From Botryllus schlosseri (taxonomy: Eukaryota), in assembly GCA_051294905.1 (NCBI GenBank), contig CM119384.1, positions 6,696,001 to 6,760,000 of the forward strand: a stretch of 64,000 nucleotides of DNA, read 5' to 3'. The notes under the pieces were generated by a model, which made no database searches, was not told the origin of the DNA, and was given only the letters and a program-made list of their open reading frames with translations. Position numbers and translations under genes: made by a program. Below are positions 34,601 to 46,150 of the stretch, in pieces (position 1 is the stretch's first letter; each line of letters starts with the position of its first letter).

Positions 34601-36388
34601 GCTGTCAAGAGCAAGCGAGTAGTAAGAAAAATCTTGCGACTTGTGAATAAGTTGCTCATGCAGATCTTGGGATATGCAATCGACACGACGCGTTACTGTA
34701 TCATTGCTAAGCTGCAATTTTTTAGCTTTCTGCTGAATGGCAGGAGAACAATTGTCTTCGGTAAACAAAACAATAGCCTGCTTCGTAATTTCGCCATCAG
34801 AATATGGCTTCATATTGCTGGCCAATAGATGACTGATCTTATATGATGTTATTGTTACCTCTTCGGGTTCTTTTTTTTTAAAAACATTTTTCCTTGTTTG
34901 CTACGCTCTGCTTTCAGACATTCTAACTTCCGTTTCCTTGATTCACCTTGATAGACGTCGTATTTTCCCGCATGTGTTTTATAATGCCTCTTAACGTTGA
35001 AAGATTTTACACCGTTTATTATTATAGGGCACAGAAGGCATTTCGCTTTGCCGTTTTCCTCAATTTGAAAATACGCCTCTTCCCATTCACTTTGAAAGGC
35101 CCGATTTTCTTGCACAAGGGTGCGAGATTTCTTTGCAGGTTGATCTGAACCTGACATTATCATTGAACCAAAGTCTCCGATATTTTCTAACGCTATCAAG
35201 ATGAAAGCAAAGAGTAAGAAAATAAAGTACCTGCAGTTACCCCAAACGTTGATTGTCTTATTGACCGAGTCTCTTGTCACCCGTATTCTAATATGAGCCG
35301 CCGTCTCGAGCGAAATAAACTTCGCCCGTCTCATTACAGACACCTGATTAGGCTTAGGTCAGACGGTCAGAGCCTTCAGTAAAGCAGTAAAGGTTCGGAT
35401 TTAAAGCCTACCGAAATTACTATCGGTAATGTTACGTCACAACCCGTACAACTTGTATTACGTAGGATTCTATTGTGATCAGGGAATGACCTTCGCGTCA
35501 GTAAACGTGAACATAAACGTACATTTGTTGTGTTGAAGGCGCGATTTATTTATGATCATGAATAATTAGAATTTCCGTAGAAGCATCAATGATTTCACAT
35601 CGTTAGTGAGAGCCGCACGGAGAGCAGTCGAGAGCCGCATGCGGCTCGGAGAGCCGCGGTTGAGAATCACTGGTATAGGCATAGATACAGATATTTTTAT
35701 ATTGAACATACCTGCAGAGCTGGTCGATGTATATCCAGGCATATAGGCCTACTACTTAATTTACAGGGCGTTAGGTTGCTAAATGTTACAAATATAATAA
35801 GTAGGCCTATTTATAGGGTTTATAAGGCAAGCCAAATTAGAAATGAAATGACTGAAAATAATTTGAACTTTCACAAAAACGTAATTTGTCAACATCCCGA
35901 TAAAGCCCTGATGAACATGCAATGTTGATTTCTGCAGACAGCGCAGACTGGCATATTATACCGTTATTCCAAAAGAGCCCATTTCACAAATGTTCTCATT
36001 AATTGAAGGTACTCTATTCATATTTTCTATTCTCTCAACAGGCGAGACATGTCATCCAGCCTGCGGTGATGGTGGATGCTGGGGCCCGGGGGCTCGAGAT
36101 TGCCTGAGTTGCGAGTATTTTACATTGGGAGATAAGTGTGTCCTGGAATGTGGCGAAGGTTTTTACCACAGTGGAACAGAATGTCAACCTTGTGATGAGC
36201 AATGTGACACCTGCTACGGCAGTGGACCGGGTAATTGTATCCGATGCAAAGAGCTACGCCTCCCCAGCGGAAAATGCGGTGGTCCGTGCCCCGACGAGAT
36301 GTGCGTCGATGTCTTGACCGACGAGTGCAGACCGTGCTTTGAATTGCTGAAAAAGGGATACAAACAAGAGAGCAACGTACTTCATTGA
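28662..36388 (+). CDS. Predicted secreted EGFR-like protein: signal peptide, domain III (L2) and partial domain IV; 6 exons, ~320 aa
   Basis: Exons 28662-28737 (MVFSARSMWLVYSVVCVFFHVANSK; alternative ATG 28650), 29519-29651, 30062-30138, 30610-30761, 31860-32037, 36042-36388; GT-AG, phases 1/2/1/0/1, 963 nt, no internal stops. Motifs CYGVG, GCKIVRGNI, AFGG|D, VEVITG|YLNI, NLRTIRG, LGFRSLKSIERGNVYI..NLCYLDTVNW, CHPAC..GCWGPG..DCLSC. L2 and domain IV exons are high confidence; the signal exon link and terminal stop are moderately confident. Confidence 0.8.
32778..35672 (-). mobile_element. Near full-length Buster/Charlie (SPIN-like) hAT transposon in intron 5 of the EGFR-like gene
   Basis: TIRs CAGTGGTTCTCAAG/GTTGAGAATCACTG; perfect TSD GTATAGGC; GAGCCGC subterminal repeats. 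Confidence 0.95.
33353..35163 (-). pseudogene. hAT Buster-type transposase (~600 aa) with one frameshift at 34871-34884
   Basis: BED finger CLLC...KRHYKTH; catalytic SLALDSTND, LATDGCPAM, HCIIHQ, RWLS and FGSTYVCEALFS; hATC C-terminus. Two ORFs are joined by a -1 shift in a T5A9 run. Confidence 0.92.
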
Positions 36389-38338
36389 AAATAATTGCTA
36401 AGTATCGAAAAACCGGATACAGTGTTGGAAGCTCTGAAATCGCATAAAATGTACTCTTGAATTGTTCATACACATTGTTGTTGTTAATGCGTTTGTGGGT
36501 CGTTGGGAAATGTGGATTGAGTTTTGGATATGTACCGACGATGAACTCTGTTTAAAGCAAGATTAAATCATTTTCCAGTGGTTTTTCGTACAAGTTATAC
36601 CTTTAAATCTTCCCCAAATCATCTACAAGTAGGTGTGCAATTCATTCGTTCTCGATAAAGCTCATACTCGAAATAATGAGTTCTACCTATTTGAGATAGT
36701 TATTTCGAAGGCACCGGACCAGGCTCAATCAAGTCATCAGGGATAGTCGGACGTAGTTTGCATGAAATATCATTTTCATTATTGTACAGAAAAGAACAGT
36801 GGCGGCTCGTCCTATAGGGCAACTGGGGCATTGCCCCACCTAAAATTCTGTTCAATAACAATTTAACCATTTATAGACGCACAGCGCTCAATATATATCG
36901 AGATCACAGCGAAACCCGCGTTCTTCTTGTGCTTTCGCTTGCAAACGCCCATACATAGCGAAGTCTCTGCGAAAATCGAATTCTCTTCTGTGTTTTCGCT
37001 TTGTGAATGCCTAGCCGGGGCTTGCCCCGGTAGCGCTCATAACAAGCTTTCACTATCTATTCTCTCAAAGCCGCGCACAATAAAGAAACGGTGATTTGCT
37101 CTCTCCTATTCGTAAAATGGCCGAGCAACCGGGGCAAATATGCCTACTCGCCCCTAAGGTGTGATGTAGCAATCGTATCTATATCTGAACTCGGATACCG
37201 TGATATGCGTTGAGTCGACCGTTGCTGGTACAGGTCGATTTTGATGGTGTTTCACACCATGATAATTCTTGAAACTTGGTATGTCATGTCGTGATGGTGG
37301 TATTTAACACTGTCCTAAGTTTCAGGGTTTCTACTCAAAGTTTAGGGTAGTAATTCCGTTTCCAAAGTCGAGTGTGTGCTGATCGGTCATGTATCGCAAA
37401 CATATTTCACGCAAAGCCGGTATTGGTCTCCATTGATTTTAACGATGCTCCTTAGCTAGATCCGTCATGAACTTTTACATGGTATGTCTTGATTTTAGTA
37501 TCGAACGCTGTGCCAAGTCTCAAGGTTGACACTCAATGATTATAGGGCAGCAATTTCGTTATTAAGTTCGAGTATGGTAGAGATGTGCGCTGATCTGACA
37601 CTTAGCCTACCTAACGCATTGCGGATTTCACGCAAAAGCCGGTGTATCTGTGTTCCATACTGAGATAGGTGATGAGATGATGATATCATGAAACAGTTTA
37701 CTAACATCCTCGGTTTGCATTCAAATATTTAGTTTTATTTTATATTCTCCAATGTCAATTTCACCGTGGAATGGCGGCCTTCGGGCCATTTGCTCACAAT
37801 TACAACCCCTGTCAAGCGCGATAGCTGTTTCGTTTTCGATGGCGGCTAACAGCTGATCGCTTGATCAGCCGATTCCTCAGTAAATATTACGCAAAATTCG
37901 GCGTTGATCTGTTCGTATTAATTTTGACAGTGTACCATACCGAAAACGGCCATGAGGCTATACTTCTCGATGATTTCATGTAACAGTGTACCAAGTTTTC
38001 GGCTTTCATCCACGTATTTATTCGGTAATATATTTTCCGAAGGCGATTTTGCAGCAGACATATAGACACTATAGACCGTAAGCCGTATGTGTCGTGTGAC
38101 AGTCTCCAGCCTCAAGGCCAGAATCTCCCAAGCTGTACCGGGACCGAATTTCCGAGGCTGCTATCCGTAGTTCTTCAGAATGATGTTTTGGATTCAATAT
38201 GACATTTCCTTGTCCAATCTATGAGATAACAATTGCGTATGTGTCCGAACTCGTTGACCTTTCCAGTTAGGCATACGCAATCTCTCGATTTATAGTCATT
38301 TCCATTTCTGCAGATAAGTAGTCAGGTCAAGTGCGAAC

Positions 38339-40560
38339 ATGAATCGTGTTGAATCTTTGCTCCGTACGCCGTTTAGCCAGCTGCCTTTAGAGCAAAAATT
38401 AGAGGTAAAGCGACTAGGTCCGTATCAGCCTAGAAATTGCCCATTGATCCAATCGTACGCCGGAGGAAAACGCACTCGTGCCTTTTCTTCAGCGCATTTC
38501 GATAAAAATGAATGGCTTACTTATGGCGAGGATAAAAACGCCTTGTTTTGCTTTTACTGTCTTTTATTCGACGGTACCGGAAGCAGTGGCTCTTGTTGGA
38601 ACAAAATTGGTTATCGCGATCTGAAGCATTTGTCAGAGCGTCTGAAAACGCACCAAAAATCCCACGTGCACATGGCTAGTGCAGTTAAATATAAATTGTT
38701 TGGCAGAGTAAATGTAATGTCGCAGCTCAATGAAAGTTATCGCGTATCAGTATGCAAGCACAATGAGCTTGTAGATAAGAATAGGCATGTTCTCTCTCGG
38801 GTGATTGATGCCATTAAATTTATTGGAGTTCATGAATTGCCTCTTCGAGGCCACGATGAGAAGGAATGCTCTCTCAATAGGGGGGTATTTTTGGATCTAA
38901 TTAAATACACGGCTTCCATTGATAGCATTTTGCGCGAACATCTCGACACCGCGACAGTAGCTAAGGCAGGGGTTCTCAACCCGCGGCCCGCGGGCCGCAT
39001 GCGGCCCGCAGACGATTATTTTGCGGCCCGCGACATCTTTCATTATAAACGCAATTTCTACTGGCACGATATTGTTACATATTAATTTAGCTACTTAGCA
39101 CTCTTATCGCACCGTCTCTCTATCGTTTGATTACTGATTCTATGATGTGTTCTGGTTTCTTGATATATGCTCGAGTGTAGATTGTTATTGTTTTGAATTG
39201 GTATTCGGCTGGACTCTTGTTCAAGATAATTCCGTTGTGTAGTACACTTTTAAAGAGTGTTTCACTCACCGCGAACGGTTTGAACAGATACAAGAACAAG
39301 GAAGGGGAAATTAAACGGCGCGGGTAACTGGGTTTGTAAGTCCGCGTGGAACAGTTAATTTGCTTTCTCAGATATAAATGGAAAACCCGATGTGACATGT
39401 TTGTCGAAGATCAGTTGCCGTAACGAAGTGTAGAAGCTTAAAATTATACCACGACACTTAATTCTGAAGTTATGCGTATCACCTGATTAAAAAAAATCAT
39501 TGCTAGCTAGGTGTCAAGCCCACCAATAATCCATATTTCGAGGCATTGTTAAAATTGTCGACGATGTTACAGACGCATGGTTCAAAATTGCTTGGAATAT
39601 CGCTAAATCCATGAAATTTGCCAGAGAAGGTGTCATTTAGAAAGAACTTGAACATACTGTGCGAATATTTGCTACTTCCAGAACCAGCAAGGACAACATC
39701 ACCTGACAAATGTTGAAGCTACAGTAGTCTGATTGAACTGTGACCAGAAAAGTAACAGCAATGTCAGTCGCTCTGTCATCGCATGTTCTGAAATACGTTA
39801 CCGCGCAGACCATTTTAGCCTAGCATCGGACGAGAAGCTGCTGACTCCACAGATCCTGCAAAGCTAATTATCTAAGTGCATTATTTCAGAGTGGAAATGC
39901 TGGAAGGGCAAACGCGTGAAGAGCCGAGCGAAAAACATCAACTTAACAAATGTGACTCCTATCTGCACGACTATTGGTGCAGGGCTCCAGCCATGGATGG
40001 AAAGGAGTAGGGTTGATTGATTTGTTCAGAAATGACCCGAACGCCAGACTTCTTCTCATATCACTGAGAGCTCAAAGTGATAATGGTCTTTGTAACGAAA
40101 AAGTTACCGTAATTCTATACTTGCTCGGTCACCTATTGAAACAGAGAGTTCGGTTCTCTGGTGGAAGGGTTTGAAGGTGGATATACCGACTGGGCAACTA
40201 ATGCGATGCACGCTCAATGACGGGTTATACGTGCGCCGCTGGAAGATATTATATTCTCACAGAAAACAACAACTGAAAACTTACGAACACTGCTTTAGAA
40301 TGCATAAAAATATACTGAACGACCGTATACGACTAGTAAATAGGCTACAGTAGCCTAAATTTAATAGTAGCCCGCAAATACATAGCAATAATTTTCTGCG
40401 GCCCGCAACGTCTTTTGCTGTTAAAATGCGGCCCGTTATACAAGGGAAGTTGAGAACCCCTGAGCTAAGGGTACCTCAAAGACTATTCAAAATGATGTGC
40501 TTGATTCGATATATCACATCTATCTTAGTTCGCGTACATTTTGTAAAATAATCATTTGAA
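38339..40560 (+). pseudogene. N-terminal hAT transposase fragment (TTF-type zinc finger/DUF4371 region), split by an insertion
   Basis: WLTY...ALFCFYCLLF...HLSERLKTHQKSHVH and LPLRGHDE...NRGVFLDL. The frame resumes after the nested element as GTSKTIQNDVLDSI. Catalytic core absent. Confidence 0.8.
38967..40462. mobile_element. Buster-type hAT derivative with decayed transposase traces
   Basis: TIR CAGGGGTTCTCAAC/GTTGAGAACCCCTG; perfect TSD AGCTAAGG; GCGGCCCG subterminal repeats. Confidence 0.92.
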
Positions 40561-41502
40561 TAAAAAACAATGAATAAAACATTTGTCACCGCACTTCAAG
40601 TCACGCCACCGGCAAACCTCTCGCGGCACCTACGTTAAAAATCATTGTTTACGGGAAATTCATGTGGCCATCATGAACGTTGAAAAACGCTACTGTGACG
40701 TCATATTGATAACAAGTCGCTTGCGGCCCTTGCCCCACCACCCGATATTGTCACGAGCCGCCACTGGAAAAGAATGTAAATATAACAATAAAATAGTTTA
40801 CCGAGGTAAAGTCTGCAGCGGGTAATTCTAGAACTGAGAGTGCAAAAGAGAGAAAAAAGCATGCATCCGAGCTCAACTATTCAGGCGCGGCGACTCATTG
40901 AAATAATGGGGATGCTGCAAAAACAATCATTTGTGATTTTGGGGATCACACACACGAAATCGTACGAGATGTAGGCCTACGGGCTTTCTGCTTGCTTCGA
41001 AGACATGTTTTCTAACACTGACACATAGCGGATTTTACAGAAATGTTGATTACAGACCAGAGATGATGGCTGTCCGGTTCCTAATTTTGGAACGATATTT
41101 CCACGTTCTAAGATTTTGTTAGGCTAAATTATTTGGACAATAACGTGAAGACCCGTATTCATTATAACGCAATCAAAACGGATGGCTTGCACAGCTTGAT
41201 TACAACCGGGTAGGTCTCAAATATTTGTAACGTTGCAAGCCCCATTGTGTTAATAGTGGAATATTTATGAATATCACTTTTAGAACTGTATTATTGAATA
41301 GTTATCGAGCCTGTAACTCACAAGCTATTCACATTCACCCGAGTTCCTAACTACCATCCGCCTGTAGTTGAAGAGCAAGTAATGATTATTTTATTTCTGA
41401 GAGAAACAATGCGAAGACCACTTCAGTACAGCGGTCAACATATATCCACACATGTGTCATTCTCGTCGTACCGTGTCTAATGTACATTGAGTATGTTTAA
41501 GC

Positions 41503-42825
41503 CAGTGGTTCCCAACGTGGGCGATTTGTCGGTCCAGGGGGACGAAAATAGCCAAGGGGGCGATAGGGGGGCGAAACGGACGAAGGGGGCGATAGGGGGG
41601 CGATGGCGCGTTGAAATGGCTACATTGGCATCCATGACCGTAACTGCCACACCCAAGCCCCCAATTGAGATGCGGGGCCCGAACTCGAAGGGGGTCCACA
41701 ATTTGTCGTGAATTAACATTAATTATAGAGTACTATTTTGAAAATTTAGGCAACTTTTTCAAAAAATTTTCGCGCTGCGCGCCATTTCGTGGTCGCGTAT
41801 TTCTTGCTTATTGGATACCCTTCCTCCAAGAAATAATACGCATGAGGTATAGAAATGGGCATCTCGGCGTCAGCCATTATCACACCATGACGCACCAAGA
41901 CATATGAAGTTTCAGGCCATGTAACATGCGACTCCGAGAAGTGTGCCAGAACGAGAAAACCTTGGCGGAAAAGGACTGCCTTTATGCTGACCGAATTCGA
42001 TATATATACGATATACATATATATTTAATTGTCCATAGGCGCCTAAATGGCTGGCTCCAAATGTTCCTGTCCTGTCCAATCAGAACCCCACAAAAATGCC
42101 ATCTCGCAGAGAAAATTAATTGCCAGTGCAGAAATACCAATTTGAATTCGTGTGCGTCTTTTAGTTTAGTACGTATGGGCGATTTGAATACCTTTTGACA
42201 TAGCAGACAGGCCACAAAATGTCATTACGTAGCGAACGGGTCCGCCCGAATATGTTCAATTATTATTAACGGGCCCTACATTTTCCAAGACACGTCACTC
42301 AGCTTTACCGGTAAATCTGAATACATGAGCAGAGAGAGGATGGAAAATTGACAGCAATATTTATGCAATTCCCGATCATATTGACCGATTCAATCATGAA
42401 TAATAGAAATTTTTTGCGCTTCGCGCGAATTGAGCCGACTAACTAAAGAGTCCAACAATTTGTGCTGAGAAGTAGCGATATAAAGAGGTATCGGGGGAGT
42501 TGGGTCTGAGGGGTGCAGAAGTTTGCTTTATCGCCCTATATAGAGGGGCCAAGACCAACGTAATGGGGGGGGGGCTGACGAAGTCCTGTTACGGTCCTTT
42601 GGCAATCAAGTCGGAGAAATCACCTTTTTTGTTAGTCAACTCACCAAAATTTAGCTAGAAAAGTGTAATTTCGAGGTCGAGCCGAAAAGTTGACCTTTTT
42701 ACTAAGTCAACTCGCCGGTGATTTCAGTCTGTATGCGCATTTTTGTGTTCCCAATATTTGGGGGGCGATGATCGGTGTGGAGTTTGAAAAGGAGGCGATG
42801 AGTCGAAAAAGGTTGGGAACCACTG
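41503..42825. mobile_element. Non-autonomous Buster-type hAT element
   Basis: TIR CAGTGGTTCCCAAC/GTTGGGAACCACTG; perfect TSD GTTTAAGC; GGGGGCGA subterminal repeats. Confidence 0.92.
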
Positions 42826-44289
42826 GTTTAAGCAATCAATTAATCAATCATTTTATTCCCAATGTCATCAGTTCAAAATATCATAGGAATTGCGTTGCAA
42901 TGAAAAGATGGGAATGAATCGAAACGGCTTGCCGAAGTCCGTATTAATCCACAGCCGCCTTGGAAGCTATGTTGAGAAAGGAGACGCGTATCGAATGAGA
43001 AATGCAGAAGCTAGCATGGAAATTGACAAGCAGAGAACGCAACGAACAGGCGTCAAATACGATGTGCACTGTGCAGTCAAAGTCGATATGTCAAAAGCTT
43101 GATCTGGTGATTTGAAATGCAGCATTGGCTATAGTATTGATCTAGACATCCCTGATATTGATTCAGTAGAAAATGTTGAGAATTTTTATTTGGAAAGAAA
43201 GACAAAATAGACTCCATACTACTAGACCTGACTAGTGACTACTCCAGAACGGCCTGATAGCCGGCGCCAGGCGAAATATGGCTCCACACCAATCAAACTT
43301 AACTGAGCGTCATGTTTATCGGCAATTCACGTTGATTAGGTGGTGTGCCTATTTGAAAGCCGAGGGCGCACGACACGCAAGTGCGTTGTACTTCAGCTGA
43401 TGATAGCTACAGTAGAATTAGGTCCTCACCAATGTTTCCTCTAAGCTGCCCCGCGCACTGCTGACAAAGTCATCGCGCACAAGAAAGCCGAAGTGATGAC
43501 CTGTTTTTAGTCGTAACGCACTGTTGTCCAACGGATCCACTCGGTCAGTTGGTGACTGCGCGCAGACTCGTGAAAAATTAGAGGGAACATTGTTCATCAC
43601 AAATTTCCCAATAAGTAACCTAATCCAATGTTTCGCCTAACACGCGTAAGCACTAAGCACCCTGGGCCCTTGTATATATTTCATGTTCATGTTCATTATA
43701 AATGACGGAAAATAAGGCATCACTTTTAAAAGGGTAGACTCGTCTAATGTGACACAGGCTCGTGTGACGTTAGACACTATGACGATATTCCCATGTAAAT
43801 TACAAATGTCCGATAGTCGCTAGATGGTGCCCTGTTACTGATGGTGCAAGACAATTTCACTTGCTATGAGCAATAAATGTTTTTCATTAATTATATATAT
43901 TAATTCGTTTGTTAAGTTGTGTTGGTTTCATTTCTTTACGACACATTTCAATACGTCATACGTAAGTATACTAATTGTGCGTGCGTTAGATGCCAATACG
44001 TTACACGGCGACTCTGGACAAAACTTCATTTCCAAAACAGGATTGGCTACCAGAACACCTAAAATTGTTGATTCTTCTTGATCAATCGTTTTATTGAAAT
44101 TTTCGTCAGATCAAAACACCACAATATGTGGCGGGTATTCGTCGAACCGTTTGACGCTATTACGGTGGTCTGTAGGATTCTCTTCCCGGTTTTCAGAAGC
44201 TGCCTTGGGCGGCTAAGATATAATTAATATGGGTTATTTAATTAATAATATGCAGAATTTGACGAGAAATATTCATAGAAACATACTAC

Positions 44290-44610
44290 AACTGTCTATG
44301 AATATTTGGGGTTATTGAGAGCCGTAAGGGCCACAACGACGCCTTGACAATGATACTGAGAACCCGATGTTGTAGTTTATGCACTGAGTCGATTGCATTA
44401 TTGCTCGCAGCTCCGGACCAAATAATTCCGTATTGTAATAAAATCGACAGGGGGTTACCAAATAGGCAGCACAAACTACATATACCCTCGATAATTCTGG
44501 CGTTATCGATTGTAGGTGACTCTTCCAGGACATGTCCGGTTCCAGTAACACCCCGAGGTATTTGGCATCTTCAGCGTTAAAAATCAGTTGAACAGCGATG
44601 ATAGCTCGCT
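44290..44610 (-). mobile_element. Decayed CR1/L2-like LINE RT fragment
   Basis: Frameshifted AKYLGVLLEPDMSWKSHLQSI...LQYGIIW...VHKLQHRVLSII, typical of the post-RT region of CR1/L2 ORF2. Confidence 0.7.
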
Positions 44611-46150
44611 CTTCCGACCGCCAAGTAAAATAACAAGTGAAATACAAGTTTGACTAATTTGGCCATGTTCTAGAAGAGGTAAATCGACAAGAGCTCACAT
44701 CTTTTACTGACGCGTATGCGACATTCACTGGTTTCTGGTGTGTATCACTATAAATGCTGTAGCCTACATAACAAAAGTTAGAATGACATTTTATAGTCCA
44801 ACAATCGCTAACAAGTTCCTGACCTGAAAGTCACACAGTTAGTCAGGGAATTGAAGCAGATAATGTTGCACACAGTCGCACATGCGAGCAACATGCTGAA
44901 ATAACAGACATATTTTCTTGACAATGCTTATGAAAGTACTTCATCACAGTAGTAGCCTACACTGCACAAGTGACGTATTGGCCATTAAAATACATTTGTT
45001 CGTAATCCCAATACACATTGCTTTGGTTAGTCAGTCAGCCAGTCATTCAGTCTGGCGCAGTCATGAGAGCATTGTAACCCACGTATTTTGTTATTCAATG
45101 TGACCTACCATACAGAAAATATATGCACAGTAAGATTGGGGACCTGATGAATGAGAAAGAAACATGTAAGAACGAAACGGTTATCTAATGCGGAAGAGTA
45201 AAATTGAACTTGCATAACTACAAAATCAAAATTATGAAAGACAACTACACAACAACACTGTTATCGGATATATTCACGTAAAAGAACTTAAAATCATTTA
45301 GTTTAGTATAGTTTAGTTATGTAAGTAATAAAAACGACATAAAGTTTTGATACTATTCTGATATCCATTAATAATGACTATGCACAACTATCCAAAACGT
45401 TGATCATTAATTTTGGCATTCGTTCAACCTTCAAAATCTCAAGACAACGCGACTATTTGTCAATGCGCTTTGTACTAGTTATTCTGCAGTACATGAGTAC
45501 CGCCAGATAGTTCGACGTGTTTGAGTGAATGTTCGGTACCATTAGATTTCTTAGGGCATGGTCACAGTTTTGCCTCATTTCTGTATCTATCTCATTCTAC
45601 TTCGTTCTTTGTATTTCTTTGCCTCGTCCTTTCCTTTCCTTTCTCGTCTCTCGAGTGTCTCGAAATTTTTGTCCCGGAGCTTCGGTATGTTTTAGTCGAT
45701 TCAGTTGCCTCGCGGCCGATGGTATTGTTGTAGAAGTTATAGTTAGCGAAGGGCAAAAATGATAGCTTTATGTGGAGATGTTCTTGCACTGACTGTGCCA
45801 AATTTACTTCGTCAGTCCAAGATAACGGAGCATGCAACCAATGTTTGATTTAAGGCGTGCAGATCGTTTTGGTTAATGATTTCGCCCGCGTGACAATATC
45901 GCAAGGGGGCTCGCGCCCCAGTTTGAGAACCACTGATACTAAAGAAACTATAGTTTTGTGGTGTAATTGAGTCATGAAAAACGTTGATAGATATAGATAT
46001 CCGGTACGAAAGACGACCGCCAAGTATCAATTTCTGAAAGTACCTAATAAATGACTGTATGAAGGAATACCGATAGCGAATTTGTATTTATGCAAGTGAT
46101 ACGAATGTATACAGCAAGAACTCGGTTTAATTGGTGAAAATTCGTTAATC

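Larger units (their letters stand above)
36797..40766 (+). mobile_element. Internally deleted hAT element (Tip100/ZMYM1-like transposase), interrupted by a nested hAT
   Basis: TIR CAGTGGCGGCTCGT/ACGAGCCGCCACTG; perfect TSD GAAAAGAA. Confidence 0.9.

Noticed and set aside
36389-46150. Search for TM, juxtamembrane or kinase exons of the EGFR-like gene
   Set aside because: None recognised (no GxGxFG, HRDLAARN or DFG exon, and no splice-flanked hydrophobic helix). The region is mostly transposons, but a small diverged exon could be missed by eye.
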